The notes beneath the pieces were generated by a model that made no database searches, was not told the origin of the DNA, and saw only the letters and a program-made list of their open reading frames with translations. Below, one piece after another: positions 46,228 to 57,989 of a DNA stretch of 64,000 nt. Every line of letters begins with the position of its first letter. Within the stretch, counting starts at the first letter, position 1. Source of the DNA: Octopus sinensis (Eukaryota); contig NC_042999.1 in assembly GCF_006345805.1 (NCBI RefSeq), forward strand, positions 130,572,001 through 130,636,000. The letters run 5' to 3'. The position numbers and the translations under genes are program-made.

Positions 46228-49200
46228 CTGGAAAAGATAAAGAATAAGAACAATAAGAATATTTAAAAACAGAATAGAAGGAATTGGGCATACAACTTGG
46301 AAATCTGTAAAAGGAAGTTTACACAGCTTTATGTCACATAAAGGTAAGCTTTAAGTTTCATAATTAGAAATAAAAAAAAAATATTCTTTACTAAATGTTG
46401 ATAAGAATAATTTTGAGAGTTGGCTAATAATTATTTTATTGCCTCCTAAAAACTGAAATATAAATTTAACTGTCACTGAATTGTATTTATGATATAGGAT
46501 GAAAGGCAAGTTGACGAGGCTTAATAGTTAACAAGTAAAAATGATCTATATTGTTAATACAACACAATTTGTCTGGCATACTACTGATTCTGCCTTTCAT
46601 TGCCCTATTCTTGGATAAATATGTATTTTCTGAATTGAAATATTTCTTTTTATAGCCATTTTTGTAACAGAAATTATCTACATTTCTAAGCATTAACAGA
46701 GACTCTTGTTACTGTCCAATGTTCATATTTCTGAATTAAGAGGGTTAACTGATTAAAACTTCAGTTTTTCAAAATTAAAACTAGACAATAAAAATAACCA
46801 TAGCTGTTTGCTTGTAATAGGGAGTTGAGGAGAAACATTACATAGAGAAAAGTACAATGTCTACTCAATGAAATTAGAAAAATATAAAAAATGTATTTGG
46901 GAATGTACTTAACTACTATTAATCAGATACAATGAGGCTGTAAAAACCAATTACAGAAAAAAACTTGTGTCTTTTGAACAACACAAATGAACAGCAGAAA
47001 GATTTAGCTACAATACATTACTTACTAAGAATGACTTAACAGCAACATCTGGAATAACTGGAGAGTAGAAATGCAGCATGGCAGCACTTGCATGGTCTGT
47101 AACCTGCAGAAATTAAATGTTTGTAGTTACATTAGATAAAGTTATAGCAAGTAAATCTTCAGAAACAATAAAACTAGTCTGAAGATAAAGTAAAAAATTG
47201 GGAAGACAATGTTAAAATAATTTAGTTTTGTAATTGCTAGAAAGTAATGGAGTCAAGTATAGATTATTTATTTTTTCTTAGACAAAATACTTTCTTTTTT
47301 CAATCAATGAACGTGATTAATGTTGGGTATGAAAGGTCTGGTAATCTGCTGTTTCTGCTAATTAACCAGCTTGACTTGTTAGACTGCTAACCAGAAAAAT
47401 AAAATTATAGTAACTTGCCATTTGAAATACTTGATATTTTGACTTGGACCATACATTTATCTGAAACAAAGAATAAGTATTAGTTAAATTAAGAGGAAAT
47501 GCATCATTAATTTGTGAAAGTTCTCAACTGAGTAAATGGTAACTGTTGATTTTTGAAAGGGATCACTTACTTTTCCATCATCTGCAAAAAAGTCTTCTGT
47601 GAAACCTTTAACTCGAACCCATTCAATAATCAAACCCCTAAGAATGACCAGAACATTCATAGCACGGCCAACAGTCACCTACAGAAATGAAAAGACAGAG
47701 TGTGTTGAGTTCATTTTTCCTCTATAAAAATAATAAAAATGTTCAACAGGAAAAAGGCTGAAGAATTTGAGTGCTGATTTTACTGGCTGTATTTCGTCAG
47801 TTCAAATCCTAACAAGTTATTGTATTCTTTATTTTGTTAACTCATTTAACTAGTAAACTTGTAGTTGTAAACCTAAGTTTCAATAACAGAGCTAGCAATA
47901 GAATCCCATTTATTTCTTTTTATTGTGAAAATAAAGGTCTTAAGTAATAACAAATAATATAATAAATTGCATCTATGAAATCAGTAAATCCCAGCTTATA
48001 GAGTAATGACCAATCTGTTCAATATCATCAATTGAAACATGAATAATAAATCAAAATATGTAATTTTAGAATTCAGAATGAAGAGAAAAAGTAACAAAGT
48101 GTCCAAGGAAACAATAACAGTGCCTTCAACAAAGACTGGGTTGTTTGCATATGGAAGCGTACATGATTACTGAGATATTTTATAGTGTAGGCAGAACATT
48201 TGATGGCTACAGAGATACAGAGATTGTCTAATAAATCAACATTTTACACTTGCTAGTAATTGTACTAGTGTCTTTAATCTACTAAGATGATTCAGTGTAG
48301 GTAGTAGAGAAGTTCTGTTACTTAAGTGACTAATTAATGAAAATTTACCAACCGGACTATAGAATGACAAGAGAAAAGAAACTATTGTCTCTATTGATAA
48401 GCCTGTATATATGCTTGGCATTGAAAGCATGATATATGATGGTCCAATGAAACAGATAATAAATAGATTGCAGCAGCTGAGAGACATAGGTAGAGTATAA
48501 TGTCAAATTTGCAACATGAATTTGACTCAGGATGATTGTAAATGACTGAGTTATGCTCGATTTGGATTTATATGAACTAAGTAGGAAGGTAGACAAATCA
48601 CAAACGCCTTCAGGTAGATGGCCCTGCTCGATCTGTAGAAAAGGTGTAGGTAGAAACTCTATAAGATGCACCAAGTGTAAGCTATGGACACGAGGTGCAG
48701 CAATGTTAAAGGAAGGCTAACTAGGAAGATGGTTTTTGTATGTGGCAGATACTCGGGAGCATTAACCTCTGAAAATCTGCAGAAAACAACTTCCGTTACT
48801 TTCCAGGGGGAAAAACTAGAAGTAGCTGATAGCTTCCGTTATCTTGGTGACCAAGTCAGTAGTGGGGGTGGGTGTGCTGAAAGTGTAACGGCTAGAGTAA
48901 GAATAGCCTGGGCAAAGTTTAGGGAGCTCTTACCTCTGCTGGTGACTAAAGGCCTCTGGCTCAGAGTAAAAGGCAGACTGTATGATGCATGTGTACGAAC
49001 AGCCATGCTACATGGCAGTGAAACATGGGCCGTGACTGCTGAGGACATGCGTAAGCTCGCGAGAAATGAAGCCAGTATGCTCCGATGGATGTGTAATGTC
49101 AGTGTGCATGCTCGACAGAGCGTTAGTACCCTGAGAGAAATGTTGGACCTAAGGAGCATCAGTTGTGGTGTGCAAGAGAGACGATTGCGCTGGTATGGTC

Positions 49201-51061
49201 ATGTGGCGAGAATGGATGAAGATAGTGTTTGAAAAAGTGCCAATCCCTAGCAGTGGAGGGAACCCGTGGAAGAGGTAGACCCAGGAAAACCTGGGACGAG
49301 GTGGTGAAGCACGACCTTCGAACTTTAGGTCTCACTGAGGAAATGACCAGCGACCGAGACCTTTGGAAATATGCTGTGCGTGAAAAGACCAGGCAGGACA
49401 AGTGAGTCCAGCCCACTTATGCATGCCTTTCCTCCCTTGGACACACAAAGACTTGTTGAGGCAAACGAAGTCGATATCGAACCTCATCCGACGACAGGCA
49501 CCTATGCCAACTCCCCTTTGCTTGCGAAGACCTGTTGGGGCAAGTGAAATCGGAATCGAAATTGAACCAATCCTATGACTGGCACCCGGCAGATGCCAGG
49601 ACCCCTGGACTGGAGATACGTAAAAAGCACTATCCGAATCGTGGCCGATGCCAGCGCCACCTCGACTGGCTTCCGTGTCGGTGGCACGTAAAAAGCACCA
49701 TCCGAATCGTGGCCGAAGCCAGTGCCGCCTCGACTGGCTTCCGTGCAGGTGGCACGTAAAATGCACCAATCCGACCGTGGCCGATGCCAGCCTCGCCTGG
49801 CACCAGTGCAGGTGGCACGTAAAAAGGACCCACTACACTCACGGAGTGGTTGGCATTAGGAAGGGCATCCAGCTGTAGAAACATTGCCAGATAAGACCGG
49901 AGCCTGGTGCAGCCTTCTGGCTTCCCAGATCCCCGGTCGAACTGTCCAACCCATGCTAGCATGGAGAATGGACGTTAAACGATGATGATGATGAAGAAAC
50001 TAGAAGGAAGTATAACATATAATAAGGGATAATAATGAGTCTCTCAAGTAGACTTAAAATAAGGTATTTAAATTGAACTACAGAAGTACTGTTATAAAGT
50101 TGTATGAGTCAATGATGGTAATAACACATAGACATATGCACACCATTGAGCCAGTGATGATCTGTTGGGGAGTTGCTGGGAGAGGAGAATGATGTATTGT
50201 TCTTAGTCATCAGGAACCATCAGTAGTTACTTGTACCCCTGTGGCCAACTCATCATGAGTAGCATGGAATGCAAGCAAGGAGTTGTGTTGATGTTGCTAG
50301 TACAACAAAGTCATGCAGATAGATGAAGGTAACAGCACATGGAGACAATGGCAGCAATCTGTTAGGAGGGAAGAGTGATGCTCTTATAGATAAACTAACA
50401 TATAGTTCTACAGTACATTGCCTATCCATCTCACATGTTTCACAATAAACATAATAGGTGCTTAAAAGGCTTAACTGGTGACATATTAGAGAATTTAGAG
50501 AGAAAAGCTAAATAAATAAATAAAAACATAAAAAAATTATTCTAAAAATTTAAAGGAATGTATCAGTGGAAAAAAGAAAAATGAATATGACTGCATTGTG
50601 AAAGATAATTATTTGATATGATTGAAGAAATGACAAATAATCTCTCTGAAAGATAAAACAAAAGAAAGAAAAATTATACAGAACAACTGATTACAATTGT
50701 AATAATTGATAACACTTACCTGAACCACTCCACAGTTGCCTAAAGGACGTAGAATAGAAAAAGACATATCTGGAAAAGATCGATCCCAGTTTGTTAAACA
50801 GACATCAAGAGCACTGGAAAAGAGAGAAGACATGACTAGTAACTCTGACTTGAGAACAGAGATATAAAACAACTACATAATTATTTGCTTTACTTTAAAA
50901 AATTATACTTATCTATTATTTCAAAATCTGAGTCAAATGTGGTTAAATATGACTGGCTGTGAAGTTACAGTTACCATATATATTTCTTGGAAATATTTAC
51001 AAATATGTACAACAAATCCTCTGAGTTTTATTCAAATAAAGTATGTATGTATGCATGCATC

Positions 51062-51098
<37 letters not shown>

Positions 51099-51467
51099 AG
51101 TTAAAAATAATGGTCATTACATATTTTTCATTTATTGGAGCAAATTTGCTTTACAGCTGTTTCCAATGCTGTTATAGGTATTGATAATCCCTCACTATTA
51201 GCTATATATATGTATATGGGATGATACACATCATCATTATTTAACATCCACTTTTCCATGCTTGTACGGGTTGGACAGAATTTAGTGAGTGGAAATTCTA
51301 CAGCTGGCTGCTCTTCTTGTTGCCAACCCTCACCAGTTTCCAAGTAGAGTAAGATTCCCCAAGACCAAACATATTTACACAGAAGATTGGAAATGATAGA
51401 TCTGGATCCTCTATTTGATTAAAGGTTTCATGACAATGTCTTCAATAATTACATATCACTGTGAACA

Positions 51468-51506
<39 letters not shown>

Positions 51507-54500
51507 CCAATCTTCAAGTTGTCATTAGCAATTGGAATTATATCAACTTTTGTGTAGCATCTTCAGTTTTGGAAAATGATTATATTACTACAACTAAAAC
51601 TATTTAGTTATAATATACTGAAACATATATTCCATGATATAAAAAAAATCCACTTACTTTGTTGAAACAGAATGACTAATTGGAGACTGACGGCGCAATC
51701 GTTTAGAGCTAGCACTAGCATACACTGATCGGTGAAGTGGGCTTTGATTCAAGATGGAGAAAGCTTGGTTGGAGAGCTCAAGAGTCTGAAGATGAAAAAC
51801 AAATCTTTTTAACATTTAATATCTGAGGATATCATCATATATTAGCCATTTATAGCAGATGTTTCTTTTACTTTTTATTCCTTCAATTGTTCTTTAATTT
51901 TGTAAACACTAAAATGAATAAAGAGTATTAGAGTCAAATGTTTCTTGACAGGAGACTTGCGTGTCAATTTATTTACTTAATGGAGAATAAGTAGATACCA
52001 GACTTATTGTCTATAACCAGATTATGTTGTGCAAATTTATTGTCATAGACTGCTAAACTATCAAAGCATTCAACAAGTAAACGTTGATAATATATGAAAT
52101 ATCATCTGATTGTCTAATTATTATTATTATTATAACTAAAAGAAAGACTTCCCTCCAGACGGTTTTCTGCTAGCCACTCGATATTTCCACATTTGATTCC
52201 AAATTCTAATAATTTTCATGATATTTTAAGTCTAATTATTTTCTTGTAGTATAGTGCTCACTTGCTTAGTAAATATTGCTTTCATTATTTTATCAGTCAT
52301 AATCTCTCTTTTCTAAACAAACATCAAGGTAGTCCAACTACATTTAATGTGCCAAAAAATAGCAGCGATCACATAGAGATATTTTAATACCTATAGTGCA
52401 TTAAATAGCCATAGCAACAAATTCATTTGCTAATTCTTAAAGACGGAAAGGAAATAAGTCACATGAGTTCGAAGCTTCAGTAAGTTTTAATAAGTTGTCC
52501 TATATAATTTATTTTCAGTATGTATAAACAATAAACTTTTATATTCATCTTCACTGCCTGAGATTAAGATTACTCACATGTAAGCAAAAAAACTTTGTAA
52601 CAATTATTTTGGTGATTGCCAGTCAATCTTGATCAACCTTATTTTAATATTTTTGAAAAGTTTTGTATGATAATGGATCTTCGAAAAATTTTGCATGTTA
52701 AAGATAGAGCTTAATGCAATATAGCTATGCTGGAGCATTGTTGATTACATCTTTTTTACAAAATTTAAAATAAAAAGAGAATCATCTGACCTTGGTTATC
52801 CATTTATGAGTATATAACAGCTGTGAATATAGAGGAGTTTTATCAATACCAGGGTCAAGGCTTAAGTTAAAACTGTTGGTCACACGATCAATGGGGTTCA
52901 GACTATTGCCAACTTTTTCTAAAGCACTGAAATTTGAAAGGAAAACAAAGAATATTTTAAAATCATAATCTGTGTATCATATTTAAAGCCGATATATTGT
53001 TGAAAGTCTGCTAAACTACAGTATTTGTCTGTAGTATCTGCTAAACTACAGTATTTGTCTGATACATATGTTATCAAAAAATATATATCAATAACAGATA
53101 AACAAAAATTGTATTGTAGGAGCAGTGGAATTGCTAGATACATACTTCTGCTTCTTTGAGCTTTGTCAGAAGAAAGTATGCAAGCAAATGTCAGCTCTAA
53201 CTGATGATGTTAAACTGATTGAAATGTTAAAATATGAATATGTTGAAATTGTGAAAATTTTTCAAAGAATCAGAGAGCCTGTCAGAAATAGCCAAATCTG
53301 CTTCAAATTACATGCCACCATCTTAAAGAGGGACACATGATAATGTATTCCAAGATACTTATAAAAAAGATGGGTTGGTCATGGTTGAAATAGATTGGTC
53401 TACTCAATCAAGAATGACATAGAACTAATTAAAGCAATTCATTGAATGCTTACGACAGAAATAAGCACAAAATGTTTGTATCTCCTCAGAGACAACTCAT
53501 TCATTTCTTTGTGCTTTCTTTGGGATGAAGAGGGCCAGCAGGCCCTGATTTCTTTTTCACTTGATTTGCTGTTGGCGTTGAATCCCTAAATCATCACCTC
53601 TTTGTATGCATTTAAAGATAGTAAGTTAGTGTTTTATGCTTAAAGTTGTCCTTTTAATCAGCCTTTCAAGACTGACAAGACCAGATTGCTCACACAGTTA
53701 TACTGTTGATAGAGTTAAGGACACGTAGTTTCCACTTCTAATGGCTGGCTTTAACAGAAGCTAAAGAGTGCCTCAATTTACAAAATGAGTAACAACTTGT
53801 TAATTGTTATTTACATGTGGGTCAGTCCACATCGAGCAGGTCTATGATTAAAAGCATCCCATCTACTTTCATTTTCAGGTATAATGTATCTAGGATTACA
53901 TATTTGATGCTCTCTCTCTTTTTTTTTTTAAAACATATATTAGGGTGTAATTCAGCTGGCTTGACAAATATTACAGTTGAAAATCTTTTATCTGAAATTC
54001 CCAAATCCAAAAGTCTTTTTGAATGTAGATATGATAAGTCATAAATGGAAAATTCCACAAAATGCTGGAACATGAAATAATTGTAATGTCTGTCATTGCA
54101 TTTACAATTTTATAAGCAGTGATCATGGTTTTTTTCTTCTTTTTTTTGTACATTAAGCACAAAACGTTACTTTTATGTGAGATTTGAATTTCACTTCCAT
54201 GTAAGAGTGTGACACGATTAACATCATTACACATTACTTCAAAAATAAAAATGCTTTTTACAGGTTTCATTTTATTTACCTGTAATTATGTTCAATGCTT
54301 TGCTTTTATATCTTACATGAAACCTAATACCCGTATAGTACAAAATACAATACAAATAAAATACAAACCAAAATATGACATAGGTAGAAACTGATATCTT
54401 AACATTCTGATGGTATTATGCATAAAAAAATTATCAAGAATTTATATAAAATTACATTTAGGGTATATTTTGAAATGTAAACGGATATTGTTTAGACTTG

Positions 54501-57245
54501 GATTCCACCCCGAAGCTGTCCCATTTCATCCATTTTATAGATGCAAACATAAAAATACTCCAAAAGTTGCAACACTTTTAGTTCAACAGATTTTACATAA
54601 GGGACTCTTAACCTGTATAACTCTGAGTGAATTCTCCAGATTTCGTCAATTTTTCAAATTAAAAAGTGAACTTCAAAAAATATTTAAAATGAAGGAAAAA
54701 TAGCAGGCATGAAACTATGTCCAATAATTTTCATGATCAGAATAGAATTAAAGATAATGATTTTTAATTTCAACACAAGAGAATAAGAATAGCCCGGGCA
54801 AAGTTCAGAGAGCTCCTACCTCTGCTGGTAACAAAAGGCCTTTTGCTCAGAGTGAAAGGTAGACTGTATGATGCCTGTGTGCGAACAGCCATGCTATATG
54901 GCAGTGAAATATGGGCTGTGATTGCTGAGGACATGCGTAGGCTTGGAAAGGAATGAAGCTAGTATATGCTCTGCTGGATGTGTAATGTCAGTGTGTATAC
55001 ATGACAGAGTGTAAGTGCCCTGAGAGAAAAGTTGGGCATAAGCAGCATCAGATGTGGTGTACAAGAGAGACAACTGTGCTGGTATGGTCATGTGTTGCAT
55101 ATGGATGAGGACACCTGTGTGAAGAAGTGTCACACCTTAACAATGGAGGAGAACCTGAGGAAAAGGTGAGGTAGTGAAGTGCAACCTTTGAATGTTGGGC
55201 CTCACAGAGGCAATGACAAGCGACTGAGACCTTTGGAGATATGTTTTGCTTGAGAAAACCCAGCAAGCCAAGTGAGATTGTAGCTGAGGATGATGCCAGT
55301 GTTGCATAACTGGTCCATTTAAAAGTACTCCTTCAATCGTTGGTCAACATGCTGTGCTTGAGAAGACTTATTGAACCAAGTGAAATCGTAGTCATGACCA
55401 ATGCCAGTGCTGCTTGACTGGCACCCATGCTGGTGACATGTAAAAAGCACCATTCAAGTGTGGTCAATGCCAGTGCTGCCTGTGCTGGTGGCATGTACAC
55501 TCTTGGAGTGGTTGGCATTAGAAAGGGCATCCAGCCGTAGAAATCTTGCCAGATCAGATTGGAGCCTGGTACAGCCTCCCAGCTTGCTAGTCCTCAGTCA
55601 AACCATCCAACCCATGCGAGCATGGAAAGCGAACCTTAAACGATGATGATGATGATGACCAGCAAGTCTGAGGAGTGGGGTTAGTTGATTACATTGACTC
55701 CAGTACTTAATTGGTACTTTATCAATCCCAAGAACTGAACAGCAAAGTTGACTTCAACAGGATTTGAGCTCAGAACATAAAGTACCAGAACAAATTGTAC
55801 AGGGCGTTTTTTTTTTTTTTCTTCAATGCTCTAACAATTCTGCCAGCTAGCCATTTTGAGTAATTCTACAATAATAAAACAAAAACCATCTTTGCTACTG
55901 TACATAAGGAATTAGTCTATTGCTTGCTACTTGCCTGGTGACAAGCCAAGAGAAGGCATCTATATGGGATCACTTGATATGCTAGAAACAACAGCCAGAT
56001 CTCCCTCAAACTTCACCATACCGTCTTAGAAAAGGAAATGATATATTTGATAGTGTATCCTGCCTTTAATGCTTTAAAGAGGAGTTGGGGTGATCATGGT
56101 TGGAATATTTCGAGTATGGGTCTACTGACCTGGGTTAAACAACAGCAAAATACGTTATGTCAACAAAGGAGCCTCTAAGTGATAGCTCGATCTACTAGAA
56201 AAAGCAACGAAATCTTTAAATTATTCTACTGTCTTGAGAAAGAAAAGCACTACATACATACTTTGGTGGGATTCTGGCTTAAGCACCCCATATAACTCCT
56301 AATAACTTTTATTTATTGGAATTATCAGAATTTTTTTTTTGCAAATTTGTATTCTACAAACGGGAATTCAAATAGGCTATGAAAAAATTTTAGTATTTTT
56401 TTTTTTCAATCACAGTTTAAAATTATGGACAGTCCAAATTTTTGGCTTATATCCCAGCAATAAAACAATGTGTTTATAAGGAGACAGATGCTGACAAACG
56501 AGGAGGGTATGAGGTAGTCGAGAGACGTGCTAAAAATAACAGCTAAATAGACCTTAAATCACGCACCAAAATATTTGGGGGGGGGGGTCACAATCGTATG
56601 AATTCTTGAGTGTGTCCCATACCTTTTACAGACAGAAGGGGCGATAGAATCCAGAATGATTTTGATCAAAAGTTCACCAATTTATTGAGTGAAATTGAAT
56701 TATTCAGATAAATATCAGTCTGGAAATAATTTCAGCAAAGGCTTTCTCGTTCCCATTAGACTGAGTAACCAACAACAAAAGTAGAATTATTCTATTCTGT
56801 GTAAAACAATTTTGTATAGTTTCATATAGTATTAAAATGTCTATATCAAAGTAATACCTTTTAAAACCTTACAGGTTTGCTATTTCAAAATCATTTAGAT
56901 TTTTCATGAAATAACGTAAGTCCAAAGAAAAATTTTATTTGAAACAGATTAGAAAGTCTTAGTTAATACAGCAACAAGAAATATTTTGAAACAAAAGAAT
57001 GACATTAGACGAATAAAACAATATAAACCACATGTTAAAAAATAACAAAAACAAACCACATACTTATAATCATTATTGATAGCTAATAAAGACTTCTGAA
57101 GATCATTCAGGCACTTTTTCTCATTCCCCTGCGAGTTATGAAAGCCGTTTGATAAATCTGAAAACGTTCGGGAAACACTGGCTCGTATTTTTTGAGTTAA
57201 TCTTATTGCTTCCGCAATATTCTCCATATTCTCGAGGTCAGCCAT
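46093..57245 (-). CDS. MED27: Mediator subunit 27, 8 exons, 300 aa
   Basis: Exons 57245-57064, 52926-52791, 51785-51658, 50813-50720, 47678-47571, 47460-47419, 47103-47026, 46227-46093. Motifs LSLDPGIDKTPLYSQLL, VTDHASAAMLHF, CHKC...GLPPTWRDFRT...HEVCR. Confidence 0.95.
47026..47103 (-). CDS. MED27: MED27 exon 7
   Basis: VTDHASAAMLHFYSPVIPDVAVKSFL. Confidence 0.95.
47419..47460 (-). CDS. MED27: MED27 exon 6 (42 nt, followed by a GC donor)
   Basis: INVWSKSKYQVFQM; TTTCAG acceptor; donor GCAAGT. Confidence 0.9.
47571..47678 (-). CDS. MED27: MED27 exon 5
   Basis: VTVGRAMNVLVILRGLIIEWVRVKGFTEDFFADDGK. Confidence 0.93.
48590..49995 (+). mobile_element. 5'-truncated RTE LINE: Cys-rich insert, RT C-terminus, 3' UTR with tandem units, (GAT)n tail
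   Basis: FRYLGD..., AWAKFRELLPLL, LYDACVRTAMLHGSETWA, RRLRWYGHVARM, RGRPRKTW. Confidence 0.93.
50720..50813 (-). CDS. MED27: MED27 exon 4
   Basis: ALDVCLTNWDRSFPDMSFSILRPLGNCGVVQ. Confidence 0.92.
51235..51400 (-). mobile_element. RTE 3' end fragment (diverged)
   Basis: (ATC)n + TTTAACATCCACTTTTCCATGC. Confidence 0.6.
51658..51785 (-). CDS. MED27: MED27 exon 3
   Basis: TLELSNQAFSILNQSPLHRS...SKRLRRQ. Confidence 0.9.
52791..52926 (-). CDS. MED27: MED27 exon 2
   Basis: ALEKVG...LSLDPGIDKTPLYSQLLYTHKWITK. Confidence 0.95.
53007..53061. repeat. 25-bp direct tandem duplication (period 30)
   Basis: TCTGCTAAACTACAGTATTTGTCTG twice. Confidence 0.9.
54783..55658 (+). mobile_element. 5'-truncated RTE LINE with (GAT)n tail
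   Basis: RT C-terminal remnants and the family 3' UTR. Confidence 0.88.
55660..55852 (-). mobile_element. tRNA-derived SINE, family A
   Basis: Family homology. Confidence 0.7.
57064..57245 (-). CDS. MED27: MED27 exon 1
   Basis: MADLENMENIAEAIRLTQKIRASVSRTF...INNDY; donor GTATGT. Confidence 0.92.
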
Positions 57246-57574
57246 TTTCACACATATAAGCTAATTGTAATTACCTTGCGCAGGCAGTTTTTTTTAGCGA
57301 AAAGGAGCTTTCTGTGAACAGCATTTTATGCCAATAATAGCTCTTTATACGAACAACGGTAGAAATCCAACTTTTTCCATTTTAAAATTTAATGTGACGT
57401 ATAATAGAGTACTTCAATTAATTCTATACGAATTTATTCTGACCCATAATTAATGAATAAAATTATAGTTATTGTCTTAGTGTGTCAAGAAGGTGAAATA
57501 TCGTCAAGTGAGCGCATACAATAACTGTTTTCATATTTGTTATATTATTAATTCTGTGACCATATTTTTAAAGT

Positions 57575-57579
57575 ACACA

Positions 57580-57630
<51 letters not shown>
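57575..57630. repeat. (CA)n microsatellite
   Basis: Direct reading. Confidence 0.95.
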
Positions 57631-57633
<3 letters not shown>

Positions 57634-57636
57634 GTA

Positions 57637-57945
57637 TGTGGCTCAGTGGTTAGAGCGTCAGGTTCACAACCATGAGTAATGCGTTCGATTCCCGGACCGG
57701 GCTGCGTGTTGAGTTCTTGAGCAAAACACTTTATTTCACTTAGTTGTAGAAATGAGTTGCGACTTCACTGGTGCCAAGCTGTATCGGCATTTTCCTTTCT
57801 CGTGGATAACATCGGTGGCATGGAGAGGGAAGGCTGGTATGCATGGGTGACTGCTGGTCTTCCATAAACAACCTTGCCCGGACTTGTGCCTCGGAAGGGA
57901 ACTTTCTAGGAGCAACCCCATAGTCATTCATGACCGAAGGGGGTT
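57637..57945 (+). mobile_element. tRNA-derived SINE, family C
   Basis: TGGCTCAGTGGTTAGAGC...GTTCGATTCCC head. Confidence 0.85.
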
Positions 57946-57989
57946 GGTGGGTATTTATGTATGTATACATGTAGGAATGAATGATTTGC

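Noticed and set aside
53201-53280. TGATGA...CTGA suggesting a C/D snoRNA
   Set aside because: No terminal stem or convincing box D spacing; such motifs are common in AT-rich DNA.
54410-54703. 97-aa plus-strand ORF in MED27 intron 1
   Set aside because: No recognisable motif or splice context.
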